DNA from: an uncultured Candidatus Saccharibacteria bacterium | GTDB taxonomy: Bacteria; Patescibacteriota; Minisyncoccia; Phycocordibacterales; UBA2100 | Direction of reading: 5' to 3' | Assembly (NCBI GenBank): GCA_964434285.1 | Contig: CAYSUJ010000004.1 | Coordinates: 18,732-82,731 of the forward strand | Length of the DNA: 64,000 nucleotides | Shown here: piece by piece, positions 20,431 to 29,052 of the stretch | How the letters are laid out: every line of letters starts with the position of its first letter | Position numbering within the stretch: the first letter of the stretch is position 1 | Translations under genes and position numbers: made by a program | The notes under the pieces: model-generated | What the model was told of the DNA's origin: nothing | Database searches by the model: none | What the model saw: the letters and a program-made list of their open reading frames with translations, nothing else

Positions 20431-21114
20431 CTACAGAATCACCTCCGCCCCTTTCCCCGTCGCACCCCATCCATCGTGATTTTGGAATACAATGTTTTTC
20501 TTCTTTAACTCCATCACCATTTCAACAAGGCGGCTGACGAGCCTGCGTGGATCGGAATCAAACACGATAAATTCGTTGGGGCGATGCGCCGCGAGCAAGA
20601 CGCTCTTAAGGATTTCGTCGGTTTGCCACGAGCCCTCGAGCACCCCTATCGGGCGCCGGTCTTCAAAGGCGACTGAAAATTCGTTCAAGGTACCTACGCG
20701 CCCCGGGCCAATGATCATGGCGTCTGATGAGCGCACGAAGAGCAGATCTCGCCCAGAGTACCCAAAGCCCGTGTACATAACGATATCCATATAATCAAGG
20801 GGAAGCTTATAGGTCTCCAGATGCTCGCGCTCTGAGGAAGCCGGAGAGAGACCTACGGAGAAGCCGCACTCGTCTTTCGCGCCCATGGCTGCATACATCG
20901 GGAAACCTGTTGTGGCGCCCGTAACGATGATGCCGCCATGGAGCGCGATTTCACGCCCCACCTCTTTCGCTTTCTCGAACGCATCGAGCCCGGCGTGCGT
21001 GGTGTCAGCTGCGCCGGAAACGCCGATCTTCACAACACCATAACCATCGGGAAGACGACAAAAATTACGCGGAACCGCCTGATGATGCGGATGGATCTTT
21101 TTGAGGCGCGTCAT
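20431..21114 (-). CDS. LOG / TIGR00725-family Rossmann-fold protein (lysine-decarboxylase-like)
   Basis: GVSGAADTTHAGLDAFEKAKEVGREIALHGGIIVTGATTGFPMYAAMGA... Confidence 0.55.
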   Translation of the reverse strand: MTRLKKIHPHHQAVPRNFCRLPDGYGVVKIGVSGAADTTHAGLDAFEKAKEVGREIALHGGIIVTGATTGFPMYAAMGAKDECGFSVGLSPASSEREHLETYKLPLDYMDIVMYTGFGYSGRDLLFVRSSDAMIIGPGRVGTLNEFSVAFEDRRPIGVLEGSWQTDEILKSVLLAAHRPNEFIVFDSDPRRLVSRLVEMVMELKKKNIVFQNHDGWGATGKGAEVIL

Positions 21115-21490
21115 GATTCATGATTTTATCACGAAGAAGGACGTGTTTCGCAAGGACATACCCACACAGGCCGCCGAACGAATCCATGATGAGATCAATT
21201 GTCGTATCAAAGGCAAAATTCGCCTCGCGCGGCGAGCCGGCCCATAGTTCGAAAAGTTCCCACCCAAACGCAACACAGGCAAGTAGAACAAAAATTCGCG
21301 TCGCGGTTATATCAATTCTGAGATACAGAAAGAGCACATGTGCCGCAAGCATCGCCCACAGACCCCCAAGAAAATGAACTCCCGTGTCGAGCCAAGGGAA
21401 AAGCCAATACAATGAATAGGTGAGCGCAGCTAAGTGAATCGCACCCAAGCCGATGAGTAGATAGGCCTGTATCAAAAGTAATCGCGGCAT
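21065..21490 (-). CDS. VanZ-like integral membrane protein
   Basis: Four predicted transmembrane helices. The ending DTTIDLIMDSFGGLCGYVLAK resembles VanZ. Confidence 0.35.
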   Translation of the reverse strand: MPRLLLIQAYLLIGLGAIHLAALTYSLYWLFPWLDTGVHFLGGLWAMLAAHVLFLYLRIDITATRIFVLLACVAFGWELFELWAGSPREANFAFDTTIDLIMDSFGGLCGYVLAKHVLLRDKIMNHDAPQKDPSASSGGSA

Positions 21491-21720
21491 AGGGTTGAAA
21501 AAACTTCGCGGATAGCGAAGTTCTTTCAGGGCGGACGGTACGGCAAGCCTGGGCGTTTAGCCTAGGTGGGTGTCCGCAACACATATATCCGAAGCTGATT
21601 CTGACGAAATACGGTGATCAAAGGCGCCAATGGCGCGTAAGACGTCCCTTTCTTGAACCAAGCAGGTTTTATGTACCGGCCGCTAAGCCAAGTATACCAA
21701 ACCCGCTGTCGAGAGTAAAA

Positions 21721-22326
21721 TTACTCCAAAATGCCGTCGAGATTGACGTCGTAGAGTATCGCTTCAGAGACGAGACGGTAATTCACGAGCTCACTTTCGG
21801 TAAACCAGATTGCAATTTCACGCTTGGCATCTTCGACATTTTCAGAACAGTGGATGAGATTGCGCACCGCGCGGTCGTCAACAGCTGAGATGCCGTAGGA
21901 ATCGAGCGTGAGGTCGCCGCGAATGGTGCCGACGTCGGAAGTCGCCGGCTCAGTGTCGCCGGTAATTTTTCGTGCCACGACCGCGGCCTGGTTCCCTTCC
22001 CACACCATCATGACGACAGGCCCCGACGACATAAACTTCACGAGCTGGCGGATAATGTCCCTGCCATATTCTATCGGCTCTTTTTCAACAGGAAGACCTG
22101 CAGCCTTCTTGTCTTCAGTAATCTTGGTTCCCTTTTTGAAGAACCATGCATCGTCTTTGTTGTAGTGTTCCCAGAGCTTCTTCTCATCAGCAATGCCAAA
22201 CTTAAGACCGGCGAGCTTAAGGCCCGTGCGCTCGTAGCGGTTAATGATCTCACCAACGAGCGAGCGCTGGAGACCGTCCGGCTTAATAATTACAAACGTT
22301 CGTTCTTTCTTTGGGTGGTTATCCAT
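21721..22326 (-). CDS. ndk: nucleoside diphosphate kinase-like protein (201 aa, with insertions; active-site region NLIHCSEN)
   Basis: ERTFVIIKPDGLQRSLVGEIINRYERTGLKLAGLK. The His loop is present, but with G-to-C and D-to-E substitutions relative to canonical NxxHGSD. Confidence 0.7.
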   Translation of the reverse strand: MDNHPKKERTFVIIKPDGLQRSLVGEIINRYERTGLKLAGLKFGIADEKKLWEHYNKDDAWFFKKGTKITEDKKAAGLPVEKEPIEYGRDIIRQLVKFMSSGPVVMMVWEGNQAAVVARKITGDTEPATSDVGTIRGDLTLDSYGISAVDDRAVRNLIHCSENVEDAKREIAIWFTESELVNYRLVSEAILYDVNLDGILE

Positions 22327-22419
22327 ATTCTGAACAGTTGCTAGTTAGTAGTTTGTAGCTGGTAGTGAAAACCAAGGAATTCCAAACTACAAACTACAGT
22401 CTACAAACTACTCACTGTA

Positions 22420-25218
22420 CTAGTATGTTGGGAAATCGGGCATGGGAGGGGGCGGAGGCGGCGCAAAGCGCTCACGGATCTCCGTTTCAATCTCCTCCCT
22501 ATCGCGGCCGAACGTACGATACGACAATTTCTTGAGAGAATCAACATGCTCAAAACTGAACTGCGGGAGGTTCGCGGTGCGGAGCGTGAAGGGGCGCACC
22601 GGCGTGCCGTTTGAGAGCATGGCAACTGCAGCGGTGCGGTTTTCCTGATTTTCGAGGTCATTACGTGTGAAGACGGGGTGGAACTGCTTCTCGAGAAACT
22701 CGGCATCGGTCGTACCAATGCGGAATGCAACTTTCGTGCCGACGTTACCCACAACGGCATCGCGAATCTTCTCGTCGAGCTGGGCAATGAACTGGTGCGC
22801 GATCGTGAGCGAGAGCTTGTATTTGCGGGCTTCGGAGAGAATGGTTGAGATTGACGGCGTGGCAAAGTTTTGGAACTCATCGATGTAAAGATAAAACGGC
22901 GGGAGTGTGCCACGGGTGTCGACGCGCGAGAACGCCGCCTGGAGGAATTTGGATACGAGCACGAGGCCGAGGAGCGAAGCGTTTCGGTCTCCGAGGCGAC
23001 CCTTAGATAGATTGGCGAGGAATATCTTCTTTTCGTCCATTATTTTTCGGAAATCGAAGGCAGATTTTTGCTGCGCGACGATAGGCCGCATGATGTCGTT
23101 TGCGGAAAAGACGTCGATTTTTGAGGAAATGTAGGGCACGATGTTTTCAAGAGACGCTTCCCCACCCGCGGCTTCCGCAATCTTCGTCCAGAAGTTTACG
23201 ATGACCGGATTTTTGCAACGTGAGAGTTTGAGGCGACGAAACGCGCTGTCGGCCATCACTCGCGGAATCTCGAGAAGGGTGGAACCGCTCGCCTGATCCT
23301 CCACGACGAGTTGCGCAGCGTTCCGGTAGTATTGCTCGAACATCGGGCCAAAGGCATCGGGAACATCCGAATACAGCTTGCGGAAGATGCCATACACCTC
23401 ATCAACGACGAATGTCTTTAATTCCGGACGTGACTCGTCATACTCGAGCATGTTGAGTCCCATCGGGCGCGCCGTGTAGGCTGGGTCGAAATAGATGACG
23501 TCGTTGTAGCGTTCGGGAGGCACTGCAGCTAAAATCTCCTCGATGTCGGTGCCGTGCGGATCAACATAACCCACGCCTTCCCCATTCTGCATGTCCTGAA
23601 TAATCATGTTCTTGAGGATGCCGGTTTTACCCGTACCCGTTTGCCCAATCACATAGCAATGACGGAGGCGATCTTGCGCACCAAAGCGAACTTCGCGCTC
23701 TTCGGCGCCGTACCGATTGATGCCCATCACGATGCCGTCGGGGGCCATGTCGACAGGTGCAGGAGCCTGTTTTGCGTTCGACTTCTTGAGTTCACGCGAG
23801 GTCGTCACACGCTCGGCGGTAAAGTGCACCATCGTCACAATCTCACCAAGCGAGAGCGGAATGGCAGACCCCGCATCGAATGTACGGTAGGTGAATTCCT
23901 GCAAAGGGTTCCCAAATTCGGGCAACCACCCACTGCCCGCTTTCGTAAAACGGAGACGATTTCCTCGTGAATCATCAAACTGATTGAAAGGCGCGATGAG
24001 GTTGTCGAGGAGGATATCTGCACGCTCTTTGTCGGGAGCGGAGGTTACGAGCCGAATGACGGCTGGCACAATACGGCTCTTGATCTTCCTCCCGATCTCT
24101 TCGGTTGCCACTTGGTCGCCCTGCTTCATCATGCGCCCCTTCTCTTCCTCGCGCTCTTTTTCGGACGTTATAACCGACTTCACAACGTCATGCACAAAAT
24201 CACCGAATACCGTCTCGGGCGTGTTAAGGGCCTCACCAATGTGTTTGCCTTTCTCAAGCGCACGGAGAATCTTCTTGTAGTGCTGATTGTACCGCTCACC
24301 TTCCGTGGAAACGACGATTTGGAGCGCCGCACCCTCGCCGTGCTTTGCAATTTTCGCAAATGCCGCGAGAAGCACGTTCATCGGATCGTGTTCGAAGAGT
24401 TCGTAGGTTTTGAGAGGATACGCAGGGTGCTCTGCAAGCGACGCAGTTGCGAGTGCGTGCACGCCGTCGTAATTAAAAATGTTGTAATCGCCGCGAAGTT
24501 CTGAGATGCGCGCATTCGGAAATACAGATGAGATGAGCCGTTCCGCAAGCGCTTGCTTGGTGCGCGGCACGGCGAGGTAGAGCGATGCCTCCTCGGTGCC
24601 CTCGGCAACGGCAATCTCGATAGAAAAGCCCTCGGCAGGAGTGATGAGCGAGAGCAGGCCCGCATAGAGCTGTTCAGAGGACGCGAGCACCTGCTCGAGT
24701 TTCTGTTGGCTCTTTTCCTCGCTCTCGCCGTGCGCCTGGGGGTGGATCTCAAATAACACGAGGTGCAGGGCACGCGAGACACGCTCGGGAGCCGGTAGCC
24801 CTTTCTGCGGCAACCCTTCGGCAATGTAGCGCACGAGGACGCGATGGAGATCGTCCTCGAGGTGCTGATTTTTCATCTTCGCGACAACTGAGAGGGCGTT
24901 TCGGATGCCACGCTCGGCAACTATTTTCAAGAGCTCGTCCATCTGTGTGTCGTGCACCTCAGGCTCAAGCTTCAAGACATGATGTAAGATCTCATGCTCC
25001 GGCATCGCAACCGCCTCGTGCAAGACCGCTTGCGGTGCCACGCCAGCATATTCTTGTATCTCGCGTCGCGCGATGCGCTCACGATCAGGCTGCGCAACGG
25101 CTTCAAGCTCTTTCTCCTTCTCTGCCACGCGTTCACGCAAAAAGCGAAGCTCCTCTTCTGGAGACTTGAACGTGAATGAAGGTGCAATCGCACGCTCCCC
25201 TATCCCGCGCGGCGGCAT
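22420..25218 (-). CDS. FtsK/HerA-superfamily (DUF87-like) P-loop ATPase with a ~460-aa uncharacterised N-terminal region
   Basis: Walker A GQTGTGKTG followed by YVDPHGT (the DPHGEY-like HerA/VirB4-clade signature). Walker B YIDEFQNFA...TIAHQ. The C-terminus ends in a poly-Pro tail. Confidence 0.55.
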   Translation of the reverse strand: MPPRGIGERAIAPSFTFKSPEEELRFLRERVAEKEKELEAVAQPDRERIARREIQEYAGVAPQAVLHEAVAMPEHEILHHVLKLEPEVHDTQMDELLKIVAERGIRNALSVVAKMKNQHLEDDLHRVLVRYIAEGLPQKGLPAPERVSRALHLVLFEIHPQAHGESEEKSQQKLEQVLASSEQLYAGLLSLITPAEGFSIEIAVAEGTEEASLYLAVPRTKQALAERLISSVFPNARISELRGDYNIFNYDGVHALATASLAEHPAYPLKTYELFEHDPMNVLLAAFAKIAKHGEGAALQIVVSTEGERYNQHYKKILRALEKGKHIGEALNTPETVFGDFVHDVVKSVITSEKEREEEKGRMMKQGDQVATEEIGRKIKSRIVPAVIRLVTSAPDKERADILLDNLIAPFNQFDDSRGNRLRFTKAGSGWLPEFGNPLQEFTYRTFDAGSAIPLSLGEIVTMVHFTAERVTTSRELKKSNAKQAPAPVDMAPDGIVMGINRYGAEEREVRFGAQDRLRHCYVIGQTGTGKTGILKNMIIQDMQNGEGVGYVDPHGTDIEEILAAVPPERYNDVIYFDPAYTARPMGLNMLEYDESRPELKTFVVDEVYGIFRKLYSDVPDAFGPMFEQYYRNAAQLVVEDQASGSTLLEIPRVMADSAFRRLKLSRCKNPVIVNFWTKIAEAAGGEASLENIVPYISSKIDVFSANDIMRPIVAQQKSAFDFRKIMDEKKIFLANLSKGRLGDRNASLLGLVLVSKFLQAAFSRVDTRGTLPPFYLYIDEFQNFATPSISTILSEARKYKLSLTIAHQFIAQLDEKIRDAVVGNVGTKVAFRIGTTDAEFLEKQFHPVFTRNDLENQENRTAAVAMLSNGTPVRPFTLRTANLPQFSFEHVDSLKKLSYRTFGRDREEIETEIRERFAPPPPPPMPDFPTY

Positions 25219-25276
25219 AAGGGAATTATATCACTGCATAACAAAGGGCGACCCTCTACGGATCGCCCTTTACTAA

Positions 25277-25699
25277 TCACGAGCGTACAAACATTCGCAA
25301 GAGCGAGATTTGGCGACGTGTTTTTGGGATGTGCGTTGCTGCAAGATAGCTAGCCAATTTTTCCTTCCCAACTGCTCGCCACTGTTCCTTAGTCAGCTTC
25401 TCTCGACGCAAACTCATCTCTGAAAGCACACTGTCAACACTCCTTGCAAACGAACGAACACATTCTTCTTCTTTTTCCGAGAGACGTCTGGTGCGCTTCA
25501 TACGACACAGCGACTGTTCTGAGGCACGCTGCCAAAGCCTCTCTAGAAATCTCCCCCTTCGTACACCCGCATTAATTTGCCTCTCACATTCCCCACAGTG
25601 GATATTGGTAGGAAAATTATCCACTTTCCACCTGTAAGGAAGCGAGTATACGTACACACCACACCCGTTACAGTACACATCGGGACGAAAATCGGTCAT
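25277..25699 (-). CDS. hypothetical zinc-ribbon protein
   Basis: CNGC...CGEC motif. Confidence 0.3.
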   Translation of the reverse strand: MTDFRPDVYCNGCGVYVYSLPYRWKVDNFPTNIHCGECERQINAGVRRGRFLERLWQRASEQSLCRMKRTRRLSEKEEECVRSFARSVDSVLSEMSLRREKLTKEQWRAVGKEKLASYLAATHIPKTRRQISLLRMFVRS

Positions 25700-25778
25700 T
25701 TGGACACCTCTTTATTAGTCTTTTCTGATTTAACATGAAAAATGCCCGAGACGCAAATATTAAATTTTCGTTAAAATC

Positions 25779-25857
25779 TCCGGCCCGTCTTTAGTGATGA
25801 GGACGGTGTGCTCAACGTGCACCGTGCGGGAGCCGTCACGCGTGCGGTAGGAGAATA
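25779..25857 (-). repeat. degenerate duplicate of the 3' end of map (direct repeat with 26996-27076)
   Basis: About 90% identity over ~80 nt with the last ~28 codons of map. One indel puts the copy out of frame. Confidence 0.7.
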
Positions 25858-25904
25858 GCATATAGGGTTTAGCGTAGGGGTATGGGGTATAGAAAGAGAT
25901 TCAT

Positions 25905-26198
25905 TTACAACCCCAAACGTTTTGCGATTTCATCGTACACTTCGGAGCGGTGCAGGATACCGAGAATGTGCACATCCGATGAGCGGATCTTGTACACAAC
26001 GCGATAATCGCCAACACGCAGGCTTCGCCATCCGACGAGTGATTGACGCAGAGGCTTCCCGAAAATTTCCGGATGATGCACCAATTTTTCCAACATAGAT
26101 GCCTGTATTTCGGCGCGCCAAAAAGAATCGAGGCGTGGTATGTCTTTGTGAACAGCAAACCAATCGTATTCTAGCGCGTATTCTTTTTTAGATTCCAT
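25905..26198 (-). CDS. relE: RelE/ParE-family type II toxin
   Basis: ...VGDYRVVYKIRSSDVHILGILHRSEVY. Confidence 0.7.
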   Translation of the reverse strand: MESKKEYALEYDWFAVHKDIPRLDSFWRAEIQASMLEKLVHHPEIFGKPLRQSLVGWRSLRVGDYRVVYKIRSSDVHILGILHRSEVYDEIAKRLGL

Positions 26199-26422
26199 GC
26201 CTCGTCATGCGAATACGACCGACGTTTCTGTTTAGTACGCGCCTGCAGTCGTCTTTGAATAATCGCTTCAAGTGCTCTATCCTCTTCGAGCTCGAGAGCT
26301 TCTTCTATCAAAGCCCCAACCTTACTTGCTACGGGCATTTCATCGCGCTTCGCAAGCGCGCGCAGAATGTCACGGGTATTTCTCGAGACACTAATATTAA
26401 TACGTGTTTTTGCAGTTGCCAT
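26171..26422 (-). CDS. ribbon-helix-helix antitoxin candidate
   Basis: 83 aa. Overlaps the toxin start. The N-terminus TRINISVSRNTRDILRALA is RHH-like. Confidence 0.5.
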   Translation of the reverse strand: MATAKTRINISVSRNTRDILRALAKRDEMPVASKVGALIEEALELEEDRALEAIIQRRLQARTKQKRRSYSHDEAWNLKKNTR

Positions 26423-26494
26423 AAGTGTTACAAAAGTGTAACAGTTAAAATAATGTCGTCAAGAAGCTTGCGAAGCTTATGCCCGCGAAATCTA

Positions 26495-26983
26495 TTACCC
26501 ACTTTGTGCAATCCCTTGAGGAATATCATCACGAGCGACCCTAACAACAAGAAGTGGTCGAATATTTCTTTCACAACGATATTGAAATTGAGTATCTTGC
26601 GTGAAATCTCTCTTCCAGAAGACGTGTACAAAACCTTCTGTTTCAGGGTGCTTAGCGTAAGAAATTGCTTTCTGATCGGCCGTAAAATCCCATCGACCAT
26701 CCCGAGCGCCTTGAGTCGAAAAAGAGCTGCGACCCCCGGGTGCCACGAGTGCCATAAATACTGCAAGTTCATAACCCTCATCGGGAGCGGCAAAAACAGC
26801 GGGACGACCGTCCGGTTCGCCATTATTGAGGGCCTGTCGTGGCTCGAGTTCTTCTAACCTCCGAGAAGACCCATGGAATACAAAGCTACCAGTTTCCGCG
26901 AGCGCTTTGAGAGCGATAGCGCCCCTCAACTCACCGCGTTCAATTCTTTGCAAGAGAGCGAGTGGATCTGATATGCGCTCCAT
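26495..26983 (-). CDS. hypothetical protein
   Basis: 162-aa ORF in the islet between the direct repeats. Confidence 0.3.
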   Translation of the reverse strand: MERISDPLALLQRIERGELRGAIALKALAETGSFVFHGSSRRLEELEPRQALNNGEPDGRPAVFAAPDEGYELAVFMALVAPGGRSSFSTQGARDGRWDFTADQKAISYAKHPETEGFVHVFWKRDFTQDTQFQYRCERNIRPLLVVRVARDDIPQGIAQSG

Positions 26984-26984
26984 A

Positions 26985-27755
26985 TCAAACCTTTGTCAAA
27001 ATCTCTGGCCCGTCTTTTGTGATGAGAACGGTGTGCTCGACGTGCACGGTGCGGGAGCCGTCGCGGGTGCGGTAGGAGAAGTTGTCGCTGTCCACAAACA
27101 CGACGCCCGAGCCGTGGGCAAACATCGGCTCGATGGCAAGCACCATACCCTCGAGAAGCGGCACATCGTGGTGCGCATCGCGATAGTTTGGCACATGCGG
27201 CTCTTCATGCACCTCCTTCCCCACACCGTGGCCGGAGAGATTTTTAGGGTAGCCGTAGCCGTATTTGGTCGCGATGCGCTCAATTGCTTCACCAATGTCA
27301 CCTGTTGTGTTGCCCACGCGCGCGGCGGCGATGCCTGCGTCAAGCGCCTCATGCGCAGCGCGGATCATCTCCCTGTCCTTCGGATCCTGCTCGTCTCCGG
27401 CAATGACCGTGATCGCATGGTCGGAAAAATAGCCGTGATGGTTCACGCCGAAATCGAGTTTGACGACATCGCCCTCTGCAAAGGGTGTGGAGTTCTCGCT
27501 CGCGGGAGCGTGCACGATGACATCGTTCACCGAGACACAAAGCGCTGCCGGAAACTTCTCACCCTTCCTGCCGGATTCATAGTCGTAGAATGCTGCCTTG
27601 TCGCCATCTGCTTTCAGAAGCTCCCACGCGCGCGCATCAATATCTTTCGGAGTCGTCCCCGGCTGCACCATTTCTCCAAGGACCTTCAGTATCTTCGCCG
27701 CGCGGCGGCCGCTTTCTCGGAGTAATGCTCGCTCTTCATCGTTTTTCGTGATCAT
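26985..27755 (-). CDS. map: methionine aminopeptidase type I
   Basis: Metal ligands present in ...VIVHAPASEN..DFGVNHHGYFSDH...NLSGHGVG...LAIEPM... Confidence 0.9.
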   Translation of the reverse strand: MITKNDEERALLRESGRRAAKILKVLGEMVQPGTTPKDIDARAWELLKADGDKAAFYDYESGRKGEKFPAALCVSVNDVIVHAPASENSTPFAEGDVVKLDFGVNHHGYFSDHAITVIAGDEQDPKDREMIRAAHEALDAGIAAARVGNTTGDIGEAIERIATKYGYGYPKNLSGHGVGKEVHEEPHVPNYRDAHHDVPLLEGMVLAIEPMFAHGSGVVFVDSDNFSYRTRDGSRTVHVEHTVLITKDGPEILTKV

Positions 27756-27866
27756 CCCGTTAGAAATAGGACGCGGACGATAACGTGCCGCACCTTATTT
27801 TCTTATGAATTATAATTTCGACCTCAGTAAGCATATAGTGTTTGCGTCCGCGATTTCTAACGGGAA

Positions 27867-28460
27867 TCATGCGAGATTGAGTTTAGTGAGAATATTCTTG
27901 TAGATGGTCTCGACGTCGGGCTCGCCGTCTATGACATGGATAGCGCGGCCGCGCTCCTTAAGGAGCGCAAGTTGTGGAAGAACATCGCTTTTGTACCACG
28001 AAAGACGGTTACGAATCCCTTCTTCCGTATCATCGTTACGCCCTCGCGCAAGCAAACGCCTCACCGCGGACTCTTCAGAAAGTTCGAGTGAGATCACTTG
28101 GAAATCGTCACGCCCGAAATACTTCATGGCATCATCGAACCCACGCGTCTGATCGGCGCCGCGCGCGAGGCCGTCGGCAATGATGTGCTCATCGCCGTTT
28201 TTAAGGTTTTCCACGAGCTTCTTAGTCTGGAGGTAGATCGGCATGAAATCCGGCATACGGTGCCCTGCGTCGATCGTGGTGCCCGTAAGCTTCCCCGCAT
28301 AGGAGCCACCGTCGCGGAGCGCACGGAGCTCGGAACCCATGTCGATATGGATAATTCCCTGCTCGCTTTTGGAGCGAAGAAAGTCCATGAGCATCTTGAC
28401 CTGCGTGCCTTTTCCAGCCCCTTGGGTGCCGAAAAATAAGACTGAGAGTGGCTTCATCAC
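27867..28460 (-). CDS. adk: adenylate kinase
   Basis: P-loop GTQGAGKGTQ. Confidence 0.9.
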   Translation of the reverse strand: MMKPLSVLFFGTQGAGKGTQVKMLMDFLRSKSEQGIIHIDMGSELRALRDGGSYAGKLTGTTIDAGHRMPDFMPIYLQTKKLVENLKNGDEHIIADGLARGADQTRGFDDAMKYFGRDDFQVISLELSEESAVRRLLARGRNDDTEEGIRNRLSWYKSDVLPQLALLKERGRAIHVIDGEPDVETIYKNILTKLNLA

Positions 28461-29032
28461 GCCAAACTATAGCCTTCTTTCTTCAAAATTTCCACTACCT
28501 GATCGATTGCTTCTTCAAGTTTCCCGTCCTCATTCGTAATGCGGTAATCGTAAAAAGGGGCCTCCTCGTGCACTTCGCGCTCAGTAAATTTCTTGCGCTC
28601 TGCCCACTCCGCGTCGCTCATAGGAGCGCGAGCACGGATTCGTTTTTCAAATGCATCGAGTGACGGCGGCATGATAAAAAAAGTCGTCGCATCGTAGTGC
28701 TCTTTTAGATACTTTGCGCCGACGATCTGTATTTGGAACAGTGTCACTTTGCCCACAACCACATTCGCGTCGAGCGCGGGTTTGTAGAGTCCGTAGTAAG
28801 TATCGGTTTCAGGACGATGATAGTGCTCGGGGATCGTTCCCTCAGCCACTTTCTGCAAAAATTCTTCGTTCGAAAAGAAAAAATAGTTTTTCCCGTGTTC
28901 CTCGCCCGGGCGCGGTGCACGCGTCGTTGCATTCACCGCAAATACGGTATTAGGGCAACGCGCTAAAATTCCTTTAATGATTGAATCCTTACCGCTTCCA
29001 GCGGGACCAGCAATAGCAACCGCACATTTCAT
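28457..29032 (-). CDS. gmk: guanylate kinase-like
   Basis: GPAGSGKDS...ATTRAPRPGEEHGKNYFFFSNEEF. Confidence 0.6.
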   Translation of the reverse strand: MKCAVAIAGPAGSGKDSIIKGILARCPNTVFAVNATTRAPRPGEEHGKNYFFFSNEEFLQKVAEGTIPEHYHRPETDTYYGLYKPALDANVVVGKVTLFQIQIVGAKYLKEHYDATTFFIMPPSLDAFEKRIRARAPMSDAEWAERKKFTEREVHEEAPFYDYRITNEDGKLEEAIDQVVEILKKEGYSLA

Positions 29033-29052
29033 GCGAGTATGATACCGCGAAA

